Below are positions 9,596 through 19,198 of a DNA stretch of 64,000 nucleotides, piece by piece; positions within the stretch are counted from its first letter, which is position 1, and each line of letters starts with the position of its first letter. The stretch comes from a virus. Below the pieces are notes generated by a model, which saw only the letters and a list, made by a program, of their open reading frames with translations, was not told the origin of the DNA and ran no database searches. The stretch spans positions 21,819 through 85,818 of the IMG/VR virus record IMGVR_UViG_3300028840_002104. The stretch is one strand, 5' to 3'. The translations under genes were made by a program, and so were the position numbers.

Positions 9596-11053
9596 ATGAA
9601 AGAGGACCGGTCCCCCTTCCTGGCCGTAGACTGTAGAGTCCACCTTTGCAACCTACGCCCGGAGGTTTTTGAAGCCATTCAGACGTCTCTGACGTTCAAA
9701 AATCCGAAGTATGAGCAGACTAGGAAGTTCAGCCCCTACAACTTCATCTCTCCCAAGATCCCTCGGAACATCAAACTGTGGCGCAAGGTGGGAGAGGTGC
9801 TCTCTGTTCCCAGGGGATACAGTTTTGAGACTGTGGGGGGTTTTGACTTCCTTCCGAAGACGTTTCAGCAGTCGCGGAATAACTTTGCCTACGGAACCCA
9901 TCTTGCTCGTTTTCCAAAGCCTCACTATACATTAACAGGTATACAGGAGAGAGCCCTCGAAGCCTTTGTGCGGGGAGAGCCTAAGCGCCCTTTCAATACA
10001 TATCTCTTTGTGATGCCCACAGGTACAGGGAAGACGGTCACAGCGGCTGTGGCGGCGGCCAAGACACGAGAGAGAACACTCATCCTAGTCCATAACCAGT
10101 TGATAGCGAGCCAGTGGCGGAGAGACCTGGCGGGCTGCTTCAATCTGGCCAACAAAGACATTGGTTTGGTGAGGCAGAACACAATTCGTCTGGGAGATCA
10201 GTTCACCATTGCTTTTCTCCAGACTCTCTTCAAGCGCCCAAAGGTTTGGCAGGATATCAGGTATTCCTTTGGGTGCATGATCTTTGATGAATGTCACATC
10301 GTACCCGCCAGAACGTTCTATGACATCGCGGATGATTGCCCTTCCCTTTATCGAATTGGGCTCACCGCGACACCGACTCGGAATGACGGTCTTCATGACA
10401 TCATGTTTAATGTCTTTGGTCAACCATTCTACGACCTCTCTACAGACAGCAACGTGGAGTCAGAAGTTTCCATTCCAGTCTCAGACGTGATTGTCAGGCA
10501 TACAAACTTTGTACCTGATGTTCCAAAAGGAATGCCTCTAGACATCTCAACAACTGTCAAAGAGCAGGCTTTCTGTGAAGATCGAAACAGGCAGATCGTT
10601 GCGGATGTAAAGAAAGAGGTTTCAGAGGGTCATAGCTGTCTGGTTATCTGTCTGAGAAAGGCCCACGTGGAGATATTGATCCGAATGCTTGCGGATAGAA
10701 TGGTCCTCGCTCTTCCGCTTACAGGCAGCCTCACGAAGAAGAAGGTTAGGGACTATGAGGCCAAGCTTTTGGATAGAAGCTGTCGCGTTGCTGTAGCCAC
10801 GTCTCAGTTCGTGAAGCTTGGAACCTCAATCAATCCTTTGGATCGTCTCTTCATTGCTTGTGTCGTGGCTAATGAGAAAGACCTTCTCCAGCTTGCAGGA
10901 AGAATCAGGCGGAAAGCAGACTCTAAGAATGATGCTGTAATTTATGATTACGTTGACTCTAAGGTTCGAATGCTGTGGAACCATTTCCGCAAGCGGGCCA
11001 AAGTCTACAAGAAGATGGGCGTTGAAAGGTTCCGAAAAGCCGAGTTTGTGTGA
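9596..11053 (+). CDS. Superfamily 2 DExH DNA helicase (UvsW/Rad25-like)
   Basis: Walker A MPTGTGKT, DECH, LTATP, QLAGRIRR, IYDYVD; SD GGAGG before ATG 9596. Confidence 0.9.
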   Translation: MKEDRSPFLAVDCRVHLCNLRPEVFEAIQTSLTFKNPKYEQTRKFSPYNFISPKIPRNIKLWRKVGEVLSVPRGYSFETVGGFDFLPKTFQQSRNNFAYGTHLARFPKPHYTLTGIQERALEAFVRGEPKRPFNTYLFVMPTGTGKTVTAAVAAAKTRERTLILVHNQLIASQWRRDLAGCFNLANKDIGLVRQNTIRLGDQFTIAFLQTLFKRPKVWQDIRYSFGCMIFDECHIVPARTFYDIADDCPSLYRIGLTATPTRNDGLHDIMFNVFGQPFYDLSTDSNVESEVSIPVSDVIVRHTNFVPDVPKGMPLDISTTVKEQAFCEDRNRQIVADVKKEVSEGHSCLVICLRKAHVEILIRMLADRMVLALPLTGSLTKKKVRDYEAKLLDRSCRVAVATSQFVKLGTSINPLDRLFIACVVANEKDLLQLAGRIRRKADSKNDAVIYDYVDSKVRMLWNHFRKRAKVYKKMGVERFRKAEFV

Positions 11054-11061
11054 GGTGTGCT

Positions 11062-11259
11062 ATGGAGAAGTGTCCTAACTGCGGGGCTTTCGTGAGAAGC
11101 TCTGTAACAAGAATAGCTAGCGCAAAGTTTCAACTGCTGGTCAGGATTGATTTGCTTCGAGACAGGATGTCAGAAGAAGAGTTCAGGCTTCTGGAGAATG
11201 ATATTTTAGAGATTGTTGACGAAGGCGATCACAGGAGACGTTACCCGCACATTGAATGA
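11062..11259 (+). CDS. Small hypothetical protein (CxxC)
   Basis: SD GAGGTG; CPNCG. Confidence 0.5.
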   Translation: MEKCPNCGAFVRSSVTRIASAKFQLLVRIDLLRDRMSEEEFRLLENDILEIVDEGDHRRRYPHIE

Positions 11260-11271
11260 AGGGAGAACTTA

Positions 11272-11556
11272 ATGTACGGACTACCTGAGCTTGTAGAAGG
11301 CGAGTGTAATGCGATTTTGGAGATTGCTGATGACTACGGAGATAACAGCGCAACTATTCGCTGTCAGCTTGAGCCAGAGCATGAAGGCCCACACAAGGAG
11401 GTGTTTCAGCGAGACGGAATGCCCGTAGTCATTACCTGGCACGGAGATGAGCGAAAGGTCTGCTCGAAGTGTAAAGCAAAGGTGTTTGATTGGAACATAG
11501 ACACCTCTGGAGGTAAGTTTAAAGCCAAGTGTCCTGAATGTGACGCAGTTCAGTAG
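11272..11556 (+). CDS. Hypothetical Zn-ribbon protein
   Basis: C.L...H.GPH plus CSKC/CPEC. Confidence 0.55.
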   Translation: MYGLPELVEGECNAILEIADDYGDNSATIRCQLEPEHEGPHKEVFQRDGMPVVITWHGDERKVCSKCKAKVFDWNIDTSGGKFKAKCPECDAVQ

Positions 11557-11568
11557 AAGGGAGAAAAG

Positions 11569-12009
11569 ATGGGTAAGGTGTCGTTTTCTGGGAAGAAGTC
11601 AGACGGTCCTCCCAAACTAGCAGTCTTGGAGACAAAGGCAAAGAGGTATGGCCAGATCCAAGAACAGATCAATACGCTGGAAAAGGAGAAAGATGTCCTG
11701 AAGGCTGAGATGAAGCCTCTGGTCAAAGATCTAGGCGTTCCTACCAAGAAAGGCGGAAGTAAGCTCACCATTGGTGGTTGGATTCCTGAACGCCGCGCTA
11801 AGGTCGAGGTATTCCTGAAAGAAGGTGCGGAAAAGAAGCTGGAAGAAGAAGGCATCCTTGATCTAGTGACTACTCGCAAGCTAGACAAGAAGAAGCTAGA
11901 AGCCGCGCACAAAGAGGGACTCATAGACGATGATCTCCTCTTGGCTGTGGTTGATGAAAAGGTTACTTACAGCTTCTACTGTACCAAGGTTAAGGATAGT
12001 GAAAGCTGA
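11569..12009 (+). CDS. Hypothetical coiled-coil phage protein
   Basis: SD GGGAG; Lys/Glu-rich. Confidence 0.55.
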   Translation: MGKVSFSGKKSDGPPKLAVLETKAKRYGQIQEQINTLEKEKDVLKAEMKPLVKDLGVPTKKGGSKLTIGGWIPERRAKVEVFLKEGAEKKLEEEGILDLVTTRKLDKKKLEAAHKEGLIDDDLLLAVVDEKVTYSFYCTKVKDSES

Positions 12010-12784
12010 CAATCTGAAGAAGGTCAGAAAGCTTCCAGACGGATGGCTTGAGTATGTGGTTGATTGCGATGAATGCAAGGCCCTGGCCCCTCTTCCGCTT
12101 TTTCGGAAAGGCGTTTTGGGAAGCGTGTTCTTTGTGTTCTATCCTTTCTTCTACTCTCAAGACAGCGAGCTTCTGAAGAGATACATTTCACAGGAGATCC
12201 TTGGTATCTCTATCTTGATGTGTTTTCCTTTCTGCGCTCCTCTAGATAAACCGAAGATTTCAAAGCCGCATTCCAGAACGTGTCTTCCGAAGTTTCAGGA
12301 GTTAGTAGATCACTATGTTCCCGAAGCTATAGTCACGGTTGGTTCGGATTGTTTCAGTCACCTTTGCTGTGAGGGTTCTAGCCCTCCTGATATGAGGTTA
12401 CTTGCTGGCACATTTGTCTATCCCGACCAGTTTGCCCTTCAGTCAGGAAGAGTTCCTGTGGGAGTTGTCAGAAGTCCTACGAAGCTTATTTCAGAAGGCC
12501 ACCCTCTTGAGGAGGTGCTAGGCATATTCAGATCTCAGATTGGTCACATGAACGCATGGTTTGAGCGGGAGAACATTCCGACAGAGTTAAGAGAAAGGAG
12601 AATTGTTGCGGAACCTAATGACTCCAAAGAGAACCAGGAAGAGACACGTACAGCTTCCAAGCGGGAGAGAGATTCCAGTTTTCTCTATCGGCGCTCTAGC
12701 AGCAAGGATAAAGAGAAAGGCGCACACAATCAGGTGGTGGATTCGAGAAGGAATAGTTCCTCCTCCGGTCCTCGATTTAGGTGA
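11999..12784 (+). CDS. Degenerate uracil-DNA glycosylase-family protein
   Basis: CxxC, FC.P....P....C.P.F...V....PEAIVTVG pattern of family-4 UDG C-terminal half; GEAPG and HPAA motifs absent. Confidence 0.45.
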   Translation: MKADNLKKVRKLPDGWLEYVVDCDECKALAPLPLFRKGVLGSVFFVFYPFFYSQDSELLKRYISQEILGISILMCFPFCAPLDKPKISKPHSRTCLPKFQELVDHYVPEAIVTVGSDCFSHLCCEGSSPPDMRLLAGTFVYPDQFALQSGRVPVGVVRSPTKLISEGHPLEEVLGIFRSQIGHMNAWFERENIPTELRERRIVAEPNDSKENQEETRTASKRERDSSFLYRRSSSKDKEKGAHNQVVDSRRNSSSSGPRFR

Positions 12785-12947
12785 TGGTAAACGTTGGTAT
12801 ATGGCCAGAGAGATTGAGATCTATGTCACCATCGCGGAGAATGAACAGATCAAACAGGGCTCTTCAATGAAGAAGACCAACTTTTCTTCCCGTCTTCGTG
12901 CGGAGATAGCACAACTTAGAGAGGATGTCGAGAATGCCAAGATCTAG
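12603..12947 (+). CDS. MerR-like HTH DNA-binding protein
   Basis: FSIGALAARIKRKAHTIRWWIREGIVPPP...GKRWY; SD GAAAGGAG. Confidence 0.7.
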   Translation: MLRNLMTPKRTRKRHVQLPSGREIPVFSIGALAARIKRKAHTIRWWIREGIVPPPVLDLGDGKRWYMAREIEIYVTIAENEQIKQGSSMKKTNFSSRLRAEIAQLREDVENAKI

Positions 12948-13290
12948 AAAGAACACAAAGAGTGGATTGCCCAAAGATCCTGCAAAGAACTTCAAGGTTC
13001 TGAAAGCAAAGAACGACGAAATGATTAAGAAGGCTGTCGAATCCTCAATGAAGGAAGGTGACGTTGATATAGGAACACTCAACCTTTCTTATAGCCCGCT
13101 TGAGGTAGGCTTTGTCGAGGTTGACATAGGAATTAAGAATTTTGGAAATGGCGCTCGTGTTGCTCTCCGTATTCCTTGTCAGCCTGGTGAGGAGCCAGAA
13201 GCTTTCGCCAAAGCTTGGGATCTTTGTGAGAATCAACTAGGTCCAAAACTCAAGGAAGTGGCTCAAGTGGCTAAGAAGTATAAGGTATGA
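12934..13290 (+). CDS. Hypothetical protein
   Basis: SD GAGGA; coupled to neighbours. Confidence 0.5.
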   Translation: MPRSRKNTKSGLPKDPAKNFKVLKAKNDEMIKKAVESSMKEGDVDIGTLNLSYSPLEVGFVEVDIGIKNFGNGARVALRIPCQPGEEPEAFAKAWDLCENQLGPKLKEVAQVAKKYKV

Positions 13291-13919
13291 ATGACCGTCT
13301 AGTGATGCTCTTGATTTCCAGATCTTCTCTGAGCAGCGATGGCAAGGTCCTTCTTACGGAGCTTTATCCTCACGTGGAAGAAGGGTACATTCCGAATGAC
13401 AGGAACATCTCAGTTCTTCTAGGTTGGCCGCTTGATAGAGTCAAGCATACCTATGAAGAACTTGAGGATAGAGGCGTTTTCGTTGGCGTTCCTCTTATTG
13501 GCGAGCACCAGGTTTACGGAGGTTGTAGGCTGGACTTAGAGGTTTTGGCCAAAGAGCAAGGCAAGACACTCTCTGAGTTGAAGTACAAGGAGTTCTTAGG
13601 CACGTTGCCTAAAGAGGTCCCGACTCACCATTCTGATTTTTCTGACATCGGTGAGCTTTCAACTAAGGATCTGTTTACTTACTTCTCGAAGCTTCATCGT
13701 ATCGTAGAGAAAAGCGAGTACTGTTCAAAACCAAAGGACTTCCGTCAGATCCAAGTCTTACACAAGACCTATGGCTCTGAGATGGTTTATCACATGATTG
13801 GTACACTTCTCTGGGATAGAAAGTTCTACGCCTGGGGTCCTCCAACCATCGCTAATCTGTTTGAGAAACGGAAGCTTCTTTACACAGACATCCAAAAATC
13901 CCTTACTAAGAAGGTCTAG
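13287..13919 (+). CDS. Putative winged-HTH replication protein
   Basis: LSSDGKVLL...ISVLLGWPLDRVKHTYEELEDRG HTH-like N-terminus; precedes the DnaC-like gene. Confidence 0.4.
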   Translation: MNDRLVMLLISRSSLSSDGKVLLTELYPHVEEGYIPNDRNISVLLGWPLDRVKHTYEELEDRGVFVGVPLIGEHQVYGGCRLDLEVLAKEQGKTLSELKYKEFLGTLPKEVPTHHSDFSDIGELSTKDLFTYFSKLHRIVEKSEYCSKPKDFRQIQVLHKTYGSEMVYHMIGTLLWDRKFYAWGPPTIANLFEKRKLLYTDIQKSLTKKV

Positions 13920-13981
13920 AGGCCATCTATAAAGATTAAAGAATACAGAAGAGAATAAGATGGTCATATCCTATAGAGTAA

Positions 13982-14006
13982 CAACCTAACTCGGAGAGTT
14001 AGGTTG
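13982..14006. repeat. Perfect 11-bp hairpin in an A-rich intergenic gap
   Basis: CAACCTAACTC-GGA-GAGTTAGGTTG. Confidence 0.7.
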
Positions 14007-14020
14007 AATAGTCTACAGTT

Positions 14021-14581
14021 ATGTCGCGCCAGGAGAAAAAGATGGAAGTTTCTTTCACCAAAAGGTTTCTTCTTGACCACGGAGTTTCCGAGAGGTTTCA
14101 GGACAAGTACATAGAAGACTTCGAGCACATTAGGGAAAACCAGAGTCACAGTTTCATTGGTTATCTCTCCAGGCTCTTTGTTGACAAGAGACCAAGCAAC
14201 CTTTGGCTTCAAGGAAGTCCTTCTTCTGACGCAGAGCTAATGGGAGCTTTGGTTGTGAGAGAAGCCCTCTTTCATAGCTTGGAAGCTTTCATGCTCAGAC
14301 CGGGGAAAGTTCAAGATGCTCTGTACGCTTGGTGGCAAGGAGAGTCTCAGCTTTGGATGGAGTTGACCTTGGCCTATGTGGTGGTTTTCAATCTTGAGAA
14401 TTTAGTTCTGAGCAGTCAGAAGGAAGCGGCAGCTCTGACTAAGCTGTTTTTGCTTCGAGAAGATTTAGGAAGATCAATTGTTGTTATTTCTTCCGCTTCA
14501 TCCAATGCTTTGTCGGATACCTTTGGTGAGGCTTTGGGTTGTGCGGTTAGAAGGTTCCAGCAAATTGATTGTCCTGGCTAG
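14021..14581 (+). CDS. Degenerate DnaC/IstB-like helicase loader
   Basis: RF.DK.IEDF, LWLQGSP (eroded Walker A, no GKT), L..R...GRSIVVISS, ...FGE.L... Confidence 0.4.
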   Translation: MSRQEKKMEVSFTKRFLLDHGVSERFQDKYIEDFEHIRENQSHSFIGYLSRLFVDKRPSNLWLQGSPSSDAELMGALVVREALFHSLEAFMLRPGKVQDALYAWWQGESQLWMELTLAYVVVFNLENLVLSSQKEAAALTKLFLLREDLGRSIVVISSASSNALSDTFGEALGCAVRRFQQIDCPG

Positions 14582-14589
14582 GAAAGACC

Positions 14590-15015
14590 ATGAGCTTCAA
14601 TCTTGATAATAGACCTATGCCTGCTCTGTTCGTAGATGCTTTAGGCTTTGTCTTTCTTCCGATTGAGCAGACGTGGAAAGATAAGTTCCTGGGAAAACCT
14701 CAGAGGTATCAAACACTTTCTGTGGTGCGGCAATGGATGTATCAAGTAAGTGGCAGGTTTGGTCTCTATCTGTTGGTTGAGTCTGAGGAGATGGTAGAGA
14801 AGCTTAGAGAAGAGGAGTACATTCTCTTCTACAATGATTTCATCGTTGTGAAGAAACCGGAAGAGCTTATTGAATGGATGATGGTATTGAAAGCATACGC
14901 AGTGACTAATCTTCCCAAGCAGTGGGAAAAGCCTGTGAGAGGAGCATACACGTATGAAAGCATCTCCCATGCAATTAGGATTATCTCAATGCTCGCTCCC
15001 TCCAAAGGTGGCTAG
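14590..15015 (+). CDS. Hypothetical protein
   Basis: ORF within the coupled replication operon. Confidence 0.5.
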   Translation: MSFNLDNRPMPALFVDALGFVFLPIEQTWKDKFLGKPQRYQTLSVVRQWMYQVSGRFGLYLLVESEEMVEKLREEEYILFYNDFIVVKKPEELIEWMMVLKAYAVTNLPKQWEKPVRGAYTYESISHAIRIISMLAPSKGG

Positions 15016-15670
15016 CAGTCTCAAGAAGAGGCGGAAGATCCTACCCTTGATTTTGGAGTGGAATGACTGTCGAAAGTGCAACATAGGCAAGTCTAGGGAG
15101 AACATCGTTTTTGGAAAGGGCTTTGTCAATGCTCCTGTGGTTTTGGTAGGTGAGGCTCCAGGGGAAAGAGAAGACGAGCAGGGAATACCTTTCGTTGGTC
15201 CAGCAGGCCAGCTCTTAGATGAGATCTTGGATAACCTGATCGTTGGTGAGTTCTCCAGGGCTCTATCTTACAAGCACGATGACTGTGTTCCTTGGAGAAG
15301 GTGTTTCATAACTAATATCGTGGCTTGTCGTCCTAGAGGTAGGCGTGGTAATAGACAGCCTAATCCACAGGAGATATCTAAGTGTCGTCCTAGACTAGAA
15401 GCCACACTCAATGTCATCAGACCCAGGATCATCGTTGCTCTGGGAAGAGTAGCCGAAGCGAACCTAATTGGTCACGGAGGTTTGTCGTTTCCTTTGAAGC
15501 TTCAGGGGGTGCATATCTTTCAGGTTACGCATCCTGCGGCTTATCTATACGGGGGAAAAGAAAGAATGAGAGAGGACAAGAAGGTATGGGTGTCTGTTGT
15601 AGAAAAGGCGGACGAGCTAAGAGAGGGCTTGCGTCCTACTTCGATAGTCCTTCCGCTTCTGACAATGTAG
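15008..15670 (+). CDS. udg: Uracil-DNA glycosylase, family 4 (Fe-S)
   Basis: CRKC, VLVGEAPG, PFVGPAG, TNIVACRP..NR.P, C...L, IVALGR, THPAA. Confidence 0.9.
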   Translation: MASSLKKRRKILPLILEWNDCRKCNIGKSRENIVFGKGFVNAPVVLVGEAPGEREDEQGIPFVGPAGQLLDEILDNLIVGEFSRALSYKHDDCVPWRRCFITNIVACRPRGRRGNRQPNPQEISKCRPRLEATLNVIRPRIIVALGRVAEANLIGHGGLSFPLKLQGVHIFQVTHPAAYLYGGKERMREDKKVWVSVVEKADELREGLRPTSIVLPLLTM

Positions 15671-15678
15671 AAGAATGG

Positions 15679-15873
15679 ATGACCAGAGTTCCAGTTTCAG
15701 GTTGGTGGATTCCGAAAGATCAGATTGAGTCGGAGATAAGTTTTCGGGAAGTTCGTTTTCGTGTGCGTATGTCAGGATTAGACCGTCATTGGGATTGGCC
15801 CCCAATAGATCCTTACGATCCGTATGAATACGATTTTAGGGAGTATACAGATTGGGGCGCTAGAGTTTGGTAG
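15679..15873 (+). CDS. Hypothetical protein
   Basis: Short ORF filling an operon gap. Confidence 0.35.
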   Translation: MTRVPVSGWWIPKDQIESEISFREVRFRVRMSGLDRHWDWPPIDPYDPYEYDFREYTDWGARVW

Positions 15874-15882
15874 GAGGTAAGT

Positions 15883-16107
15883 ATGGCAGACTATTCTAAG
15901 TGGCATTGTCACGTAAGACCAGGGTATCACAAGGTAGAGCACTATGTATGCGTCTGGCGTTGGTTTGTGGATGTTTATGATGGCAGGGGCAAGCATGTTC
16001 GGTCTCACGTTTCTTTGGATAAGAAGTGGGCGCAAAGAAGGGCAAGGAATTTGAGAGAAGATTGGAAGAGAAGAGCCAAGGAGGTGTCAGGTGGAAGGAA
16101 AAGATGA
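15883..16107 (+). CDS. Hypothetical protein
   Basis: SD AGGAGG. Confidence 0.55.
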   Translation: MADYSKWHCHVRPGYHKVEHYVCVWRWFVDVYDGRGKHVRSHVSLDKKWAQRRARNLREDWKRRAKEVSGGRKR

Positions 16108-16333
16108 TACAGGTCTTGTTGGGTTTGAGGGACAAACGTTCTATTGTCCTGAATGTGAGGCACAGTTGACCTTATGCTTGGAGGAATTTGGTAGGAAAGC
16201 TGTTCTTCATTCTGAGCGGTCTAAGCTAGCGAAGGCCATAGAGCTGAGAGAGGAGAAGATAGCAAGCTTACAAGCGGACTTGGTTGTTTTAGTCAAGAGA
16301 AGAGAGGTTATGGAGGCTGATGGTCAATCCTGA
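16091..16333 (+). CDS. Hypothetical protein (CPEC + coiled coil)
   Basis: SD AAGGAGGTG. Confidence 0.55.
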   Translation: MEGKDDTGLVGFEGQTFYCPECEAQLTLCLEEFGRKAVLHSERSKLAKAIELREEKIASLQADLVVLVKRREVMEADGQS

Positions 16334-17678
16334 ACTAGAAGCAATTGCAGCGTTTCTTGAAGCAAGTCCTTCGGAAGGTCAAAGAGATTTTCTAGCGGCG
16401 ACCAAAAAGATAGCCCTCTTCAGACAGTTCTATGTTGAGTGGCAATGGATTGTTACCTATGTGGGCGAATACGGGAATGCTCCTAAGAAGCGGACATTTC
16501 TTGAGTACTTTCCTACAATGAAGTTGCCAGAGAAACCAGAGACCTTATCCTTTTGTATGGAGCGGCTTTTTGAGCGGGAGAAGTTCAACCGCATCAGACA
16601 GATGGTACATGATGTTCAGGAAGATCTGAGTAGTACGGATGTCTCGGCTGCGTCGAAAGCAGCAGCAAAGATCTCTGACGTTGTACTTGACCTTGACCAT
16701 ATGTGGTCTCGGAAGAAAGACATCAACGTGGGAGAAGAGGTCGAAAGAAGATACCAAAGCTATTTGGAGATTGAGAGGCAGACCACGGCTTCTGGTGTAG
16801 GTACTCCCTGGCCCACGTTGAATAGGATGATCCCTCCTCTGAGGCCCAAGAATTTGGTTGGCTTCCAAGCCAGAGGCGGTTTGGGAAAGACGTGGCTTGC
16901 AGTAGTCCTGGCAACTCATTTCTGGCGGTTAGGCAGGAAAGTCCTCTTCATCACAAAAGAGATGGGGGCCGAAGAAGTTGTGGCCAGAGTAGACAGCTAT
17001 CTCTTTGGTATTAAATGGACACCTTTCTCTCGTGGGGAATTGTCTCAGAAAGAGAAAGCACGGTTTGCCTTACTGCTGAAGAAGGCCGAAGGTCAGTTTT
17101 CAGGAGAGCTGATTATCTCAGACGAAGAAGACCTAGATGCTTTTGGCTTGGACTCATTCATCTCCAAGCTGAGCGAGTATAGTCCTGACGTGGCAATTTT
17201 AGACGGGCTTCATCTTTTGTTTGGAACTACTGAAAGGTCAAGCGGTAGAGATGAGAGCTATGTCCAATCAGCCTATGCTATCAGCAGGAAGATGAAAAGA
17301 ATAGCGCGGGCAAAGAATGTCCTCCTGCTTGAGACTACCCAGACAGGTAGAGACGCGGAGAAAGGCAAGAAAGGCTACACAGGGGGAGGAGTTACAGCTA
17401 CCCAGTGGACAGATGCTCTTCATCAGGATTGTGACTACCTCTTTGAGATCTGTGGTTATCGAGAGACCAAGTACAAGTGGAGAGAGCTGAAGCTAATCAA
17501 GGGAAGAAATTGTCCTGTTGGTGAAAGCGTATTCTACAAGTTTGAGATGGACCCTCCGGTGTTCAAGGAGTTGCCGACAGACTTCGATCCCAACGCAGAG
17601 ACGGAAAACGAAGCTACCAAGATAGCAGTGAGAAGCGTCTTTGGTGAAAAGGAGGCTAGCCGTGAATTTTCAACCTAA
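16320..17678 (+). CDS. dnaB: DnaB-like replicative helicase
   Basis: TPWPTLN, ARGGLGKT, FITKEM, ILDGLHL, SRKMKRIA, TTQ, QDCD, IKGRN. Confidence 0.9.
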   Translation: MVNPELEAIAAFLEASPSEGQRDFLAATKKIALFRQFYVEWQWIVTYVGEYGNAPKKRTFLEYFPTMKLPEKPETLSFCMERLFEREKFNRIRQMVHDVQEDLSSTDVSAASKAAAKISDVVLDLDHMWSRKKDINVGEEVERRYQSYLEIERQTTASGVGTPWPTLNRMIPPLRPKNLVGFQARGGLGKTWLAVVLATHFWRLGRKVLFITKEMGAEEVVARVDSYLFGIKWTPFSRGELSQKEKARFALLLKKAEGQFSGELIISDEEDLDAFGLDSFISKLSEYSPDVAILDGLHLLFGTTERSSGRDESYVQSAYAISRKMKRIARAKNVLLLETTQTGRDAEKGKKGYTGGGVTATQWTDALHQDCDYLFEICGYRETKYKWRELKLIKGRNCPVGESVFYKFEMDPPVFKELPTDFDPNAETENEATKIAVRSVFGEKEASREFST

Positions 17679-17931
17679 TTTTACTTTCGAGGCGAAGGAG
17701 GCCAAACAGTTCTATGTAGAATGGAACGAACCCAAGAAGTTTGGAAAGGCCAATCTTCGCGTGGTGGTTACTAAAGATGAGATCTTTCTCCAGATCAAGC
17801 ACGATCATAAGGAGTGGTCAGCTAGATTTGAGAGGGCAGAGGATCTAGATATGGTACGAACAATCATGAAGCAAGGATTGGTCTTGGTAGACGATGCACG
17901 GCGGGATTGGTTAGAAATGAGGCAACCATGA
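17662..17931 (+). CDS. Hypothetical protein
   Basis: SD AAGGAGG before GTG. Confidence 0.5.
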   Translation: MNFQPNFTFEAKEAKQFYVEWNEPKKFGKANLRVVVTKDEIFLQIKHDHKEWSARFERAEDLDMVRTIMKQGLVLVDDARRDWLEMRQP

Positions 17932-18167
17932 CTAAGGCTGAGATTGAAAAGGTAGAGAAGGACGTTGTAAGTGCTAAACACTACTGGAAGTCTCAGAATA
18001 CTGAGCGATTGTCAATTGAGGATGTCCAGATGGTCGCAAACATGAGGATGATCTGTACAGCTCTTGACTGTTTGCTCAGGAGAGTTAGTAGATTAGAGGA
18101 AATAGCCAACCATCACAAGGACTTTGATGACTGGCTCAGAGAGGAGAAAGAATGCATCCCGCACTAG
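17928..18167 (+). CDS. Hypothetical protein
   Basis: ATGA overlap. Confidence 0.45.
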   Translation: MTKAEIEKVEKDVVSAKHYWKSQNTERLSIEDVQMVANMRMICTALDCLLRRVSRLEEIANHHKDFDDWLREEKECIPH

Positions 18168-18238
18168 CGTTTGTCCTCGGTTGGATTATTGGTGTTCTGT
18201 CGCTCATGTTTTGGCTCATGTTTGGTCAGCAGCCGTGA
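18152..18238 (+). CDS. 28-aa membrane peptide (not in ORF track)
   Basis: SD GAGGAG; MHPALAFVLGWIIGVLSLMFWLMFGQQP; GTGA overlap with primase start. Confidence 0.5.
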   Translation: MHPALAFVLGWIIGVLSLMFWLMFGQQP

Positions 18239-19158
18239 ACGGCCAGGATCTAAAGAGACTCTGTGAAAGTCTGGGATTAGAGAAGCTTCACAATCGAGGA
18301 AGCGACATTACAAGCTTATGTCCTTTCCACGATGAGAGGCATCCGTCTTTCGGAGTTTCGATTGAGAAGAGGTATCATCCGTTTAACTGTTTTTCCTGTG
18401 GAGCTTCAGGTAATCTTTTGACTATGGTTTGTCATCTTCGAGGTTTGAGGAGAAAAGAGGGCCTGGCCTTTATAGAGAGCTTTGGCAGTTATTCAATCCC
18501 ACCAGTCAGCGCAGAGATTCAGCCCTATGGTGCATCCAGGCGCGGAAAAGATATCAGGGTCCCTGCGTCTCTGTATGCTCCTTATCGAATAGGCAGAAGC
18601 AAGTCCTTTGCGTGGCTCTTGGAAAGAGGTATTCCCCTGGAGCTTTCTGGAGAGTGTGACATAGGCTTTGATCCAGAAGAGAGGAGAGTCCTCTTCCCGT
18701 GGTGGGAGCCTGGCGGCAAGTTTTTCAACGGTGCCACAGGGAGAAGCATGGTGGGCTCCTCTTTGAAGTCTAAGCCTTTCTTCGGATTGAAAAAGGGCAG
18801 CCATCTCTTCAGGCCAAAGATGAGCGGTCCCTATGACTACAGGAAGACCCTCTTCGTTGTGGAGGGAGAAGTAGACGCGCTTCGAGTGGCCAGTTTTGGT
18901 TATACCAATGTGGTGGCTACAGGAGGTTTTCCTACAAGGGCTCAAGCTGAAAAGATGGCCGAAGTAGCAGGCGTGGTGATGCTTGCTTTCGATAATGATC
19001 CAGCAGGCAAAGAGATGTCTAGGAAACTGCTGTCGTGGACTGGAGAGTGGACACGGTTTGTCAAGTTCAAGTATGTTTCGGACGCAAAAGACCCTGCGGA
19101 GCTGAGCAAACAAGAGTTTGAAGAAGGTATAGACAAGGCAGAGTTTTTCTTAGGATGA
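18235..19158 (+). CDS. dnaG: DnaG-type DNA primase
   Basis: CHC2 finger CPFHDERHPSF...CFSCG; TOPRIM VVEGEVDAL and AFDND.AG; KDPAE. Confidence 0.9.
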   Translation: MNGQDLKRLCESLGLEKLHNRGSDITSLCPFHDERHPSFGVSIEKRYHPFNCFSCGASGNLLTMVCHLRGLRRKEGLAFIESFGSYSIPPVSAEIQPYGASRRGKDIRVPASLYAPYRIGRSKSFAWLLERGIPLELSGECDIGFDPEERRVLFPWWEPGGKFFNGATGRSMVGSSLKSKPFFGLKKGSHLFRPKMSGPYDYRKTLFVVEGEVDALRVASFGYTNVVATGGFPTRAQAEKMAEVAGVVMLAFDNDPAGKEMSRKLLSWTGEWTRFVKFKYVSDAKDPAELSKQEFEEGIDKAEFFLG

Positions 19159-19169
19159 AAATAAAACTA

Positions 19170-19198
19170 TTGACAAGGTGTCTGAGGTATGATAGACT
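19170..19198 (+). promoter_or_regulatory. sigma70-type promoter
   Basis: TTGACA-N17-TAGACT with TGn. Confidence 0.7.
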
